A DNA stretch of 58,137 bases from Candidatus Harrisonbacteria bacterium RIFCSPHIGHO2_02_FULL_42_16 (GTDB lineage Bacteria > Patescibacteriota > Minisyncoccia > UBA6257 > 02-FULL-45-10c), in assembly GCA_001818695.1 (NCBI GenBank), contig MHJG01000025.1, positions 8,373 to 66,509 of the forward strand, read 5' to 3'. The notes beneath the pieces were generated by a model. That model was not told the origin of the DNA, did not search any database, and saw only the letters and a list, made by a program, of their open reading frames with translations. Shown here piece after piece: positions 47,714-55,807 of the stretch (its first letter is position 1; each line of letters begins with the position of its first letter). The position numbers were made by a program, and so were the translations under genes.

Positions 47714-47825
47714 TTGACTTATACCGACTACTTGCTGTACTATTTTATTAATAAGTCGTCATTTAGTTGACGGCTTGTACCAAAAGAGCGTGTCCTAGGT
47801 CTAGGGCCCGCTCTTTTGGTTTTTA
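47714..47825 (+). ncRNA. Candidate small RNA: promoter-like TTGACT-N18-TACTAT, then two hairpins, the second with a T-run
   Basis: TTGACT at 47714..47719 and TACTAT at 47738..47743. Hairpin aagtcgtca/tgacggctt. Terminator-like hairpin accaaaagagcg (47779..47790) / cgctcttttggt (47809..47820) followed by TTTT. No plus-strand ORF. Confidence 0.3.
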
Positions 47826-48497
47826 CCATATTTTGTAGAGGTAATTTTTATCAATCACCCTTCTCAAATCCTTATTCTTGCCGGTAAAATAATCTTTAAT
47901 TGCTCCGCTTACAAGGTCTGATAATTGCATAGCGTTTACATATTCCGAATTAACATGCGTGATGTGTTTTATTCGCTTAATCGTTTTAGTATTAACACGC
48001 CCGAATAAGTATTCATCAAAACTACTGAAGTAATCTCCGTTATACATTCTCCTGTCGGCTCGATCGATTACGACTTCCGACTCGGTTAGTTTCTGTTTCT
48101 GCGTGGTAAATAAAACGAGTTTGGATAAATTATAGTCATCAAAAATATTATGTAGTTTTACATGACCAGCTGTCGCAAATTTACCTTTGTAGGTTTGCTT
48201 GTCCACTAAGCGGTAATAAACCGGAATGCCGATTTTATTTATAATCGCAAGTAAATCCATGTACATCGGAAGTGGAATAATGGTAGATTTTATCTCGCTT
48301 CTAAAACCATATTTCTGGCGAATCTCCATAATCTCGTTTTCCAGCGCAAATAATTTTACAGAATCAAGATAAATTGCAGTGAGAATATAAAACAAACTTG
48401 CTCCGGTCGGGATTTTATTTCCATCCGCATTAGTTTCAAACGGCTTCCCCGGATCGCCCGACTCGTCCACAAAAATGTAATGCTGAATGTTGGCCAT
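47823..48497 (-). CDS. DUF3800-family protein
   Basis: N-terminal YIFVDESGDPG hallmark; 224 aa. Confidence 0.75.
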   Translation of the reverse strand: MANIQHYIFVDESGDPGKPFETNADGNKIPTGASLFYILTAIYLDSVKLFALENEIMEIRQKYGFRSEIKSTIIPLPMYMDLLAIINKIGIPVYYRLVDKQTYKGKFATAGHVKLHNIFDDYNLSKLVLFTTQKQKLTESEVVIDRADRRMYNGDYFSSFDEYLFGRVNTKTIKRIKHITHVNSEYVNAMQLSDLVSGAIKDYFTGKNKDLRRVIDKNYLYKIW

Positions 48498-48612
48498 ATT
48501 TATATTTTACCGCCTTTCAATTTTTAAGCCAAATTCTCGCTTGATTATTCTAAAATTTAGATATATTATTTATCATGGTCTGAAATGACATTTTTTAATT
48601 TTCAAAATAAAG

Positions 48613-49518
48613 ATGATAAGTATGTATAAAAAAATTGTCTTGTGGTTATCTCAATTATTAACTACCAGGAATAGAAGCATAAATATGCCGAAATATGACC
48701 AAGAATACATGACACTAGGTTTAGTTATGGAATCTAAAGATGAATTAGATACGGAAATAATTAATTCAACTATAACTATGATTTTGGGGCTAAATTTAAA
48801 TAATATTGTTTTTAAAGATAAAAAAACATGGGAAGATTATTTTAAAAAAGTATTAAATCTTACTAAGAATCTTCTAAAAGCAAACGAACATTATAGAAAA
48901 TATTATAAAGAAGAAGAAATTTTTCTTAGAGAATATAAGAAAAAATGTTTAAAAAATTCAAATACTAATGTATTTTTAACGACAGATCCTGTAAGCTTGA
49001 ATACAGAAATAGATGGATTTTTATCTCAAATAAAATCGGCATTAGATACCCTAGCTACAACCATGAATCCCTTACTGGGATTTAATTTAAATGGTTGGCA
49101 TAAAAATAAAGATAAGGATGGTATCAAAAAAAGTGGAACAAGAATTGTTAATTCTATAGAGAATTTGCCGGAATTTTTAAAAAATAAAGCTAAGGGCCTC
49201 AAAAAACATATTGAAAATAATGTAGACGGGATTACTTACATAGTTAATTTAAGAGACAAAGTTCACCATAGTGGTGGATTAAAAAGTATTACTGATATTA
49301 CCTATGATTTTAGGAATAAAGAGGTCATATCCCAATATATTATTCATTCCGAAGGTAAAGAATTAGTTAAGAATTTTTTATTAAGAACCTTAAAAGATAT
49401 AGTATTATTTTTTAATGACACACTTATTTTATCTATATTAATTAAAACTCCAAGTGGTATGTGCATACGGAAAAATAATAAAAAGGATTTTCCTCCATAT
49501 AATTGGTTTGCATACTGA
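48613..49518 (+). CDS. Hypothetical protein (up to 301 aa) encoded by a very AT-rich gene
   Basis: Divergent from the DUF3800 gene. K/N/I-rich with no recognisable motif. The true start may be the internal MPKYDQEY. Confidence 0.6.
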   Translation: MISMYKKIVLWLSQLLTTRNRSINMPKYDQEYMTLGLVMESKDELDTEIINSTITMILGLNLNNIVFKDKKTWEDYFKKVLNLTKNLLKANEHYRKYYKEEEIFLREYKKKCLKNSNTNVFLTTDPVSLNTEIDGFLSQIKSALDTLATTMNPLLGFNLNGWHKNKDKDGIKKSGTRIVNSIENLPEFLKNKAKGLKKHIENNVDGITYIVNLRDKVHHSGGLKSITDITYDFRNKEVISQYIIHSEGKELVKNFLLRTLKDIVLFFNDTLILSILIKTPSGMCIRKNNKKDFPPYNWFAY

Positions 49519-49851
49519 TTAAAAAATTAGTTATTTAAAGATTTTAAATTAGTTTCGGCTGCATACCACTTAGTCAATAAATAACTTATAAAAAGAGGCG
49601 AATTTTATTTATCGCTGTAACAGTATAGTCCTCAATTCGTTTTAATATTTAGGCAATCCAAAAAGTTTTTGGGTTATCTATCCAAAATAGAATATTTACG
49701 CTTTTGAAAGAATACTTTTTCTTATAAAATAGTTAGATTGCTACCAATCACTATAAAAAATTAAAATAAAGATAGTCTATTCTCTAAAAAGTGGCCATAT
49801 TTTGGTCGTTTTTTGGATTACAAAAATTAATCAATATAACCTTAAATTAAT

Positions 49852-50076
49852 ATGGCAGGAAAACAAGTTTGGGTTAGCCCATCTAATGAGGGGTGGAAAG
49901 TACAGAGTGCTAAAGCAGAAAGAGCCGCCGCAATTGTTGCAACAAAAGTAGAAGCAGTTGAATTAGCTAGAGAAATAGCAATAAATAAAAAGGCTGAGCT
50001 CATAGTTCAAAATCTCGATGGCGAAATTGCTTGGAGAAATTCTTATGGCAATGATTCATTTCCACCAAGGGGATAA
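49852..50076 (+). CDS. DUF2188-like small protein
   Basis: VSPSNEGWKVQSAKAERAAAIVATKVEAVELAREIA matches the DUF2188 pattern. Confidence 0.65.
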   Translation: MAGKQVWVSPSNEGWKVQSAKAERAAAIVATKVEAVELAREIAINKKAELIVQNLDGEIAWRNSYGNDSFPPRG

Positions 50077-50160
50077 AAAGGTGCTTAGAAAACGTGCCTA
50101 GTAGGACGCGATTGCGGAGATAAATTTTCTCCAATTTCGGCCGAAGAGCACACCATCTAT

Positions 50161-50186
50161 AAAAATTAGCCATTAGGCTAATTTTT
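50161..50186. terminator. Bidirectional terminator (aaaaattagcc-atta-ggctaattttt)
   Basis: Read directly. Lies between the convergent DUF2188 gene and the S-subunit gene. Confidence 0.8.
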
Positions 50187-50235
50187 ATTTTAAATCTCCA
50201 ACAATTTTAATCTCCTCCGGGGTGAGGGCGTAGAG

Positions 50236-51195
50236 TTATATTGATGCTGAATAGGGTAGGGACTTTATATAATCTTCCATGAATTTCAAATCGGGATTCC
50301 CAATTTTATCTACTGGAAGTTTAATTTTTTCAAAAGGCAACCTCATTAGCCGAACCTGCCTACCATAGGCATATTTGTGTTTTAATTTGCTTAATATGGC
50401 CACTAAAAATAAAGAGTTGAGTTTATTTAATTCAAAATTAATTGGGACAAGGGTATGGATATTATCATCGCTAAAGTATTTATCGTTATGATAAAAAACA
50501 TTAAAAAACATATCTATCGTTATTTTATTTTCAAATAATTTCTTTTTGTCCTTAAAGTCCTCAAAAGAGATATGCTCTGATACGCCATTATTGTTTTCTC
50601 CGGCAGTTATAAGCGGAACATCGCCCCCTATTCTATCTAACTTCGTCAATCTTTCTCCTTTTTCAAAAGTAAATAAATCGCCCAAACTAAACCATCCCCA
50701 CTTTCGATCAAAAAGAGGGGGTTTTTTATTTGACGCTGATTTTATATTTAATTCATCAATTCTTAATTTTTGAAATCTATCAGGTACTTTCGCAGGTATA
50801 AATAAATCTCTAATGGTCTTATTAGCTTGTCTATTGTAACTATAGCGATACCTGTTTCTTTTTATACAAATTGTATAATAAATCATTTCTCGTTCTGTCA
50901 TTTTTCTTTTGGGCGTAAGATAAAATAAGTCTCGGCCACTGTAATATTCATATGGCTGTAAAAATGTCGCCAAAACCGACCCGCCACCCGCAACAGTTAG
51001 CGTTCCAGAAGAAATCGGTTTTACATCGTTATTTTTTTCTACAAAAGCGGAAACTCCGTTATTATTTTCGGTCCGCGACACAAAGCAAATAGCCTCTTTT
51101 GATCTTTGAGGAACTTCATTTAAATTTATGAGTTCGAGATTCACGCCATATTTAACCTCAAATAAATCTGAAACTTTTACAAGATTCATATTCAT
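50236..51195 (-). CDS. Restriction-modification specificity (S) subunit-like protein with two target-recognition halves
   Basis: Two repeats of the TRD-leading pattern (VKVSDLFEVKYGVN... and WFSLGDLFTFEKGERL...). 4-nt overlap with the upstream RM gene. Confidence 0.7.
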   Translation of the reverse strand: MNMNLVKVSDLFEVKYGVNLELINLNEVPQRSKEAICFVSRTENNNGVSAFVEKNNDVKPISSGTLTVAGGGSVLATFLQPYEYYSGRDLFYLTPKRKMTEREMIYYTICIKRNRYRYSYNRQANKTIRDLFIPAKVPDRFQKLRIDELNIKSASNKKPPLFDRKWGWFSLGDLFTFEKGERLTKLDRIGGDVPLITAGENNNGVSEHISFEDFKDKKKLFENKITIDMFFNVFYHNDKYFSDDNIHTLVPINFELNKLNSLFLVAILSKLKHKYAYGRQVRLMRLPFEKIKLPVDKIGNPDLKFMEDYIKSLPYSASI

Positions 51196-53033
51196 TCATT
51201 TAAAATTTTAAATACCCAATATTTTTTTAACTCTTTTTCAAATTCTTTTTCAGTAATATCAGAGTAGTCGGTTTCGAGATATGCTTCCGCGCACCACTCG
51301 TCATTTATGCCAACTTTTTTTCTTATACTAATTCCCGGCGCAACTTTTCTATTAGTAAAATCAGTAAGCCATTTTTCTTTAATTTTGGGCCACTTATCAG
51401 TCGAAATTCTTCCTTGAATTTTATCTTTTCTAAATCCATCATCTTTCCAATATCCGAACCAGCTCTCGTGATGCGGGTCGCTGTCATGCGGAACATGGGC
51501 AGTAAAAACCATAATACAAGGAACTACGCCAACCGGATAAAATAAATCATTTGGCATGCTCATCACCGCTTCAAGACGATGTTCTTTCAAAAGTTGTTCG
51601 CGCAATGGATGCGGCGCGATAGCAAGCGACATCGGCACAATTACAATTCCCGTGGCATTTTTTTGCAACGCATTAAGTATTTGAATGACAAAGTTCCATT
51701 CATGCAAATCCTCGCCTTTTTGCGAATAGGGCGGGTTAATAAATCCAGCCGTTGCTTTATTTTTAATTTGATTAAAAATTTCTTCATCAAAACAGGAGCC
51801 CTGATACAGGTTTGTTTTGCCATCTCCGCGCAAAATCATATTAGACACCGCCAAGGCGAACATGGACGGTTCTTGCTCAACTCCAATAAGAGAATTTTCC
51901 AAAATTTTCATTCTTTCTTGCTCGCTCACGCCAGTGACCATTTTTTTCATAGCTGAAATAAGAAAACCGGCCGTACCGCAACAAGTATCTAAAACTACGG
52001 AATTTTTATTCAACTTCGCCAAATCGGCGAAAAGTTCGGTGATATGTTTAGGAGTAAGCACAATACCCAGCCCCTGCGCATCGCCGCCGGTATAACGGAT
52101 AAATTCGCCGTAAAAATTGCCAATTATGTCAAAATCAAAATGGTCTTGAGTAAAAGGCTCCATTTTTGAATTTATCTCGCGAACAATATGCGCTAAAGGC
52201 GATTCGTTCCTTTTTTTATCTTTCTTTTGCAATTCCGGATGATATTCAATAAAACTGAAGGCATTTATAATCGCCTGTTTCTTTTCTTCCTGATTTACGC
52301 CGAGCCGAGCTTTATTTATAATATCTTTCAGCGCTTGAAAGGTTTTCTTTGCCAGCTCCCCCTCCTCATATTTCGGATAGGCAACCTTAAAACCTTTTTC
52401 CATAAGGGCAATAAGCACGCCGCTCACGAGAAGAGGCATCTGCGCCACTGTAATTTTTCCGTAATCACGCAAATAATTGTGAAGATCTCTGGAAAAACGG
52501 CTTAAATCGTTTTTTCTCGCGGCCGCTAAATTTTCATCGTATTGCGCGTAACGGATATAATCTTTCCAGACGACAATTTCTTTTACTAAAGCCGGCTTTT
52601 CTGATGTATCCTTGAGCCGTGCCGCGGCTTGAGCGCCCTTAGGATGTAAAAAGGTGTCAATTTTTAATTCTTTTTCAGTTTGACCGCTAACCGCGATGGC
52701 GATTACATTGTATTCTTTGGATAAGCAGGAGGCATATAGTAAAACTCCGTCCACCGCGCGGCTTGCGTATTGATTTTGTTTTAACGATTCATGATATTTT
52801 ATATCCGCCTTGCACTCAATAACAATTAAATATTCCCTGTCTTCTGAATTAGAAATTAAAAATTCCGGCTTGCCCCTGCCTTTTCCGAGTTTACTTTTAC
52901 TTAATAAAAGTTTTTTTATGAAAGGATTTTGAATTATTTGTTCCTCGACTAAGATATTACTATTTTTGTAGTAACCAAAAGATTCTAATTTCTTTCTTAC
53001 TAAAGATTCGGTTATTTTTTCATTTTTACTCAT
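51192..53033 (-). CDS. Fused restriction endonuclease-like N-terminal domain plus gamma-class N6-adenine DNA methyltransferase (BcgI-A-like / Type IIB-IIG architecture)
   Basis: The N-terminus has GKPEFLISNSEDREYLIVIECKAD (E...ExK nuclease-core-like, HSDR_N-like). The centre has motif I (VLDTCCGTAGFL) and motif IV (FINPPYS). 613 aa. Confidence 0.75.
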   Translation of the reverse strand: MSKNEKITESLVRKKLESFGYYKNSNILVEEQIIQNPFIKKLLLSKSKLGKGRGKPEFLISNSEDREYLIVIECKADIKYHESLKQNQYASRAVDGVLLYASCLSKEYNVIAIAVSGQTEKELKIDTFLHPKGAQAAARLKDTSEKPALVKEIVVWKDYIRYAQYDENLAAARKNDLSRFSRDLHNYLRDYGKITVAQMPLLVSGVLIALMEKGFKVAYPKYEEGELAKKTFQALKDIINKARLGVNQEEKKQAIINAFSFIEYHPELQKKDKKRNESPLAHIVREINSKMEPFTQDHFDFDIIGNFYGEFIRYTGGDAQGLGIVLTPKHITELFADLAKLNKNSVVLDTCCGTAGFLISAMKKMVTGVSEQERMKILENSLIGVEQEPSMFALAVSNMILRGDGKTNLYQGSCFDEEIFNQIKNKATAGFINPPYSQKGEDLHEWNFVIQILNALQKNATGIVIVPMSLAIAPHPLREQLLKEHRLEAVMSMPNDLFYPVGVVPCIMVFTAHVPHDSDPHHESWFGYWKDDGFRKDKIQGRISTDKWPKIKEKWLTDFTNRKVAPGISIRKKVGINDEWCAEAYLETDYSDITEKEFEKELKKYWVFKILNE

Positions 53034-53051
53034 AAGAATATTCTAACATTT

Positions 53052-53690
53052 TTATCTAATCTTGCTTAAATTCAAAATTACTTGACCATCAAAATTTATT
53101 TCGCCTGGGATTATGGGGATATTTTTATGAGCCGGATTTTCCGGTTTTAAATATCTTTTGCCTCCCTCCGCCATGAATCTTTTCACAGTGGTGCCATCTT
53201 CGCTTCTTGCGACAACAATATCGCCGCTTTTGAATTCTTTGGATTTTTTAACCAAAAGCATGTCTCCGTCATCAATGCCGGCGTTTATCATTGAATCGCC
53301 GGACACATATACAATAAACACATCGTCAGATTGTCTCACTTTTTCATTTGGAATTATTCCGGATGGAAGATCTACCCATTTAAAACTTGTTTCCGAAAAT
53401 GATTCAATGTATGGACCGGCAGCAACCATTCCCACGATAGGAGCCAGTCTTTGTTTACCCAAAACCCTTAATCCCAAAGGGGTTATTTTAATTCCCCTTG
53501 CTTGTCCTTCTTCTCTTTTGATAAATCCCTGATTTTCAAGAGAATTTAAATAGTTAAGAATAGCTTGATTAGAAGCTAAATCCAGTAATTCTTTTAAATC
53601 AGCAAGTGTGGGAGGAAAACCGGAATCTTTAATGCTTTCATAAATAGATTCCAAAACCCTTTTTTGTTTTTCAGTAATAGCAGTTTTCAT
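53052..53690 (-). CDS. lexA: LexA repressor (S24 self-cleaving)
   Basis: LexA winged-helix N-terminus (KQKRVLESIYESIKDSGFPPTLADL), cleavage site VAAG, and the Ser/Lys dyad in GDSM and VKRF. Confidence 0.92.
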   Translation of the reverse strand: MKTAITEKQKRVLESIYESIKDSGFPPTLADLKELLDLASNQAILNYLNSLENQGFIKREEGQARGIKITPLGLRVLGKQRLAPIVGMVAAGPYIESFSETSFKWVDLPSGIIPNEKVRQSDDVFIVYVSGDSMINAGIDDGDMLLVKKSKEFKSGDIVVARSEDGTTVKRFMAEGGKRYLKPENPAHKNIPIIPGEINFDGQVILNLSKIR

Positions 53691-53703
53691 TACTAATAAG
53701 TAT

Positions 53704-53723
53704 GTATGACTATTTAGTCATAC
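53704..53723. promoter_or_regulatory. Palindrome GTATGAC-N6-GTCATAC 14 nt upstream of the lexA ATG; candidate LexA operator
   Basis: Perfect 7-bp arms, read directly. It sits between a possible TTGCAG and TACATA promoter pair on the minus strand. Confidence 0.5.
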
Positions 53724-53767
53724 TGCAATATGGAGCTGTGGATAACCCCGACGTCCAATTTTCACCC

Positions 53768-53791
53768 AATACGCCATGCGGGTGACGTATT
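53768..53791. repeat. 24-nt hairpin (right copy); the complement reads AATACGTCAC-CCGC-ATGGCGTATT
   Basis: 21/24 identical to 47622..47645 in inverted orientation. Folds better on the minus strand. Confidence 0.85.
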
Positions 53792-53999
53792 AGCTTTTCA
53801 TTTATAATCCTTGAATTTTTTCTTGGAAATTAATGATATCTTCCTTTCTATATATAATAGCTTAAAATATGGTTCAAAAAAAGCCGGAAAAAGTTATGTT
53901 TGTCGGTCGCGTTGGCAGGTCAAGAATCACGGTCCCTAGAACCTAGCCTTGCGTATTTATTTGATTTTAAACAAAAAATCTTTTAAAATTAAACTTATC

Positions 54000-54073
54000 G
54001 CCCCCATAGCTCAATGGTAGAGCAGCTGCCTTTTAAGCAGTTGATCTTGGTTCGATTCCAAGTGGGGGCACCA
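54000..54073 (+). tRNA. tRNA-Lys (anticodon UUU), CCA encoded
   Basis: GCCCCCA-TA-GCTC-AATGGTA-GAGC-A-GCTGC-CTTTTAA-GCAGT-TGAT-CTTGG-TTCGATT-CCAAG-TGGGGGC-A-CCA. Preceded by TTGATT-N17-TAAAAT. Confidence 0.92.
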
Positions 54074-54079
54074 AAACTT

Positions 54080-54715
54080 TTATTCATCTAAACTTCTCAA
54101 TACTCTTTCTAGAACGGGTAAAATGCGCTCCGCCATAATTTTATGCCCGCGCTCATTGGGATGAACTCCATCAAACCGCAAATCCTTGCGGAGCAAAATT
54201 CCGCCGAGGATATTCGGGACATAGCCGTCCACGCCTTCGTCAAAAGCCAGCCGTTCAAAAGTCAATTCAAAATTAGGAAGCAATTGCTTACTCCCGCCTA
54301 TCAAAATTACTTTGGCGCCGGTTTTTTTAATCCGCCGGATTATCGTCCTTAAATTCGCTTTCACCACTTCTTCGCTGTATCCCTCAAAAAAATCATTGCC
54401 GCCGAGAAGAACCGTTACCACATCCGGATTTTTATCCAGAACATCCTCTTTCAGCCGCACCAGCGCGTCCGAAGTGTTGTCTCCGGTAACGCCGGCATTA
54501 ATAACAGGAATCTTAAGCATTTCCGAAAGAAAAACCACATAATTTTTCCCGGGCGATACCACGCCATAACCGGCCGTTAAACTGTCCCCAAAGGCAATAA
54601 TAATTTTATCTTTGCCGTAATCTTTAGTGGCGCCATTGCCTAAAAATGCTATAAGCGCGGTCAAAAAAAGCAGAATTACGGCCGCCACTTCAATAAAAGT
54701 AACTTTTTGGCGCAT
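54080..54715 (-). CDS. SGNH/GDSL-family hydrolase, membrane anchored
   Basis: FGDSLTAGYG (block I), GGNDF (block III) and DGVHPN (block V). Confidence 0.85.
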   Translation of the reverse strand: MRQKVTFIEVAAVILLFLTALIAFLGNGATKDYGKDKIIIAFGDSLTAGYGVVSPGKNYVVFLSEMLKIPVINAGVTGDNTSDALVRLKEDVLDKNPDVVTVLLGGNDFFEGYSEEVVKANLRTIIRRIKKTGAKVILIGGSKQLLPNFELTFERLAFDEGVDGYVPNILGGILLRKDLRFDGVHPNERGHKIMAERILPVLERVLRSLDE

Positions 54716-54721
54716 GTAAAT

Positions 54722-55801
54722 TTAATCCCCTAAGGCCTTGCGAATTTTTGAGTCAATTTTCGGAACTTTAATGTCAAACTCCGCGTATAAGTCCCCCCTG
54801 CCGTATCCGCCCAGTTTTGGCATGCCTTCATTCGCTATCTTCAGAGGATTCCGCAAATTAAAACCGGCGGGAATCTCCGCTTTTATTTTATTTCCGGAAA
54901 TAACCGGCAATTCAATTTTTCTTCCCAGCAAAACGTCAATCATATTCAGGTCTTTTTTAATTGTTAAATCATCGCCGTTCCGCTTAAAAACCGCATGGGG
55001 TTTAACGCGGACGCGGACATACAAATCCCCGCTTCCCGCGCCGCGCTCGCCGGCTTGTCCGGCGCCGGAAATTTTAATCAGCTGGCCATCGGAAATTCCC
55101 GGAGCAATCCGGACTTGAATTTCTTTCTGCGCCTTAACCCGGCCGCTGCCGCCGCACTGCCCGCAGATTTTATTGGGAATCTGGCCTTGTCCGCGACATT
55201 TCCCGCACTGCCTGACTTGAGAAAATTGCCCGAAAAAACTCTGGTGCGTTTCCCTAATTTCTCCCTTGCCTTCGCAAGTCGCGCATTTAGTAAATCCTTC
55301 TTTCGGCTCATGGCCGGCGCCCCCGCATCCGGCGCACTGCGCCGAGGTCTCAAATTTAATTGCCGACGAAGCTCCCCGGAAAGCGTCTTCCAAAGTAATT
55401 TCCTTGGCTAATTCCAAATCCGCGCCCCGTTGATAGGTCTTTCTTCTTTTTACGCCCAATCCCTCAAAAAACGCGTCAAAAATATCGCCCAAATTACCCA
55501 TATCCTCCATCTGGGACGGGTCAAATCCAAATCCAAAATCAAAGCCGTTCTGGCCCTGCGAAAAATCAAATCCGCCGAACCCGCCCGCGCCGTCAAATGC
55601 CTTGCCAAACCGGTCGTACTGCGCCCGTTTTTTGCTGTCGGATAAAATCTGATACGCTTCGTTAATTTCCTTGAATTTCTTTTCATCGCCGCCGGCTTTA
55701 TCCGGATGATGCTTATGCGCCATCCGGCGATAGGCCTTTTTTATTTCATCTTCGGAAGCGTTTTTGGATATTCCCAATAAATTGTAATAATCTTTTGCCA
55801 T
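54722..55801 (-). CDS. dnaJ: Molecular chaperone DnaJ
   Basis: J domain with HPD, a G/F-rich linker and four CxxCxGxG repeats ([32 protein letters not shown]). Confidence 0.95.
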   Translation of the reverse strand: MAKDYYNLLGISKNASEDEIKKAYRRMAHKHHPDKAGGDEKKFKEINEAYQILSDSKKRAQYDRFGKAFDGAGGFGGFDFSQGQNGFDFGFGFDPSQMEDMGNLGDIFDAFFEGLGVKRRKTYQRGADLELAKEITLEDAFRGASSAIKFETSAQCAGCGGAGHEPKEGFTKCATCEGKGEIRETHQSFFGQFSQVRQCGKCRGQGQIPNKICGQCGGSGRVKAQKEIQVRIAPGISDGQLIKISGAGQAGERGAGSGDLYVRVRVKPHAVFKRNGDDLTIKKDLNMIDVLLGRKIELPVISGNKIKAEIPAGFNLRNPLKIANEGMPKLGGYGRGDLYAEFDIKVPKIDSKIRKALGD

Positions 55802-55807
55802 ATAATT

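Noticed and set aside
50219-50229. ggggtgagggc downstream of the S-subunit gene, resembling the GGGTGAGGGA arm of the repeat element.
   Set aside because: Only the 8-nt core matches. There is no complementary partner arm nearby and no adjacent start codon.
53737-53745. A perfect DnaA-box consensus (TTATCCACA on the minus strand) between the right hairpin copy and the lexA operator, and a near-match TTATCCACC at 47694..47702.
   Set aside because: These are isolated single boxes with no cluster, AT-rich unwinding element or dnaA/dnaN nearby, so this is not an origin. It may be chance, or a DnaA-regulated promoter.
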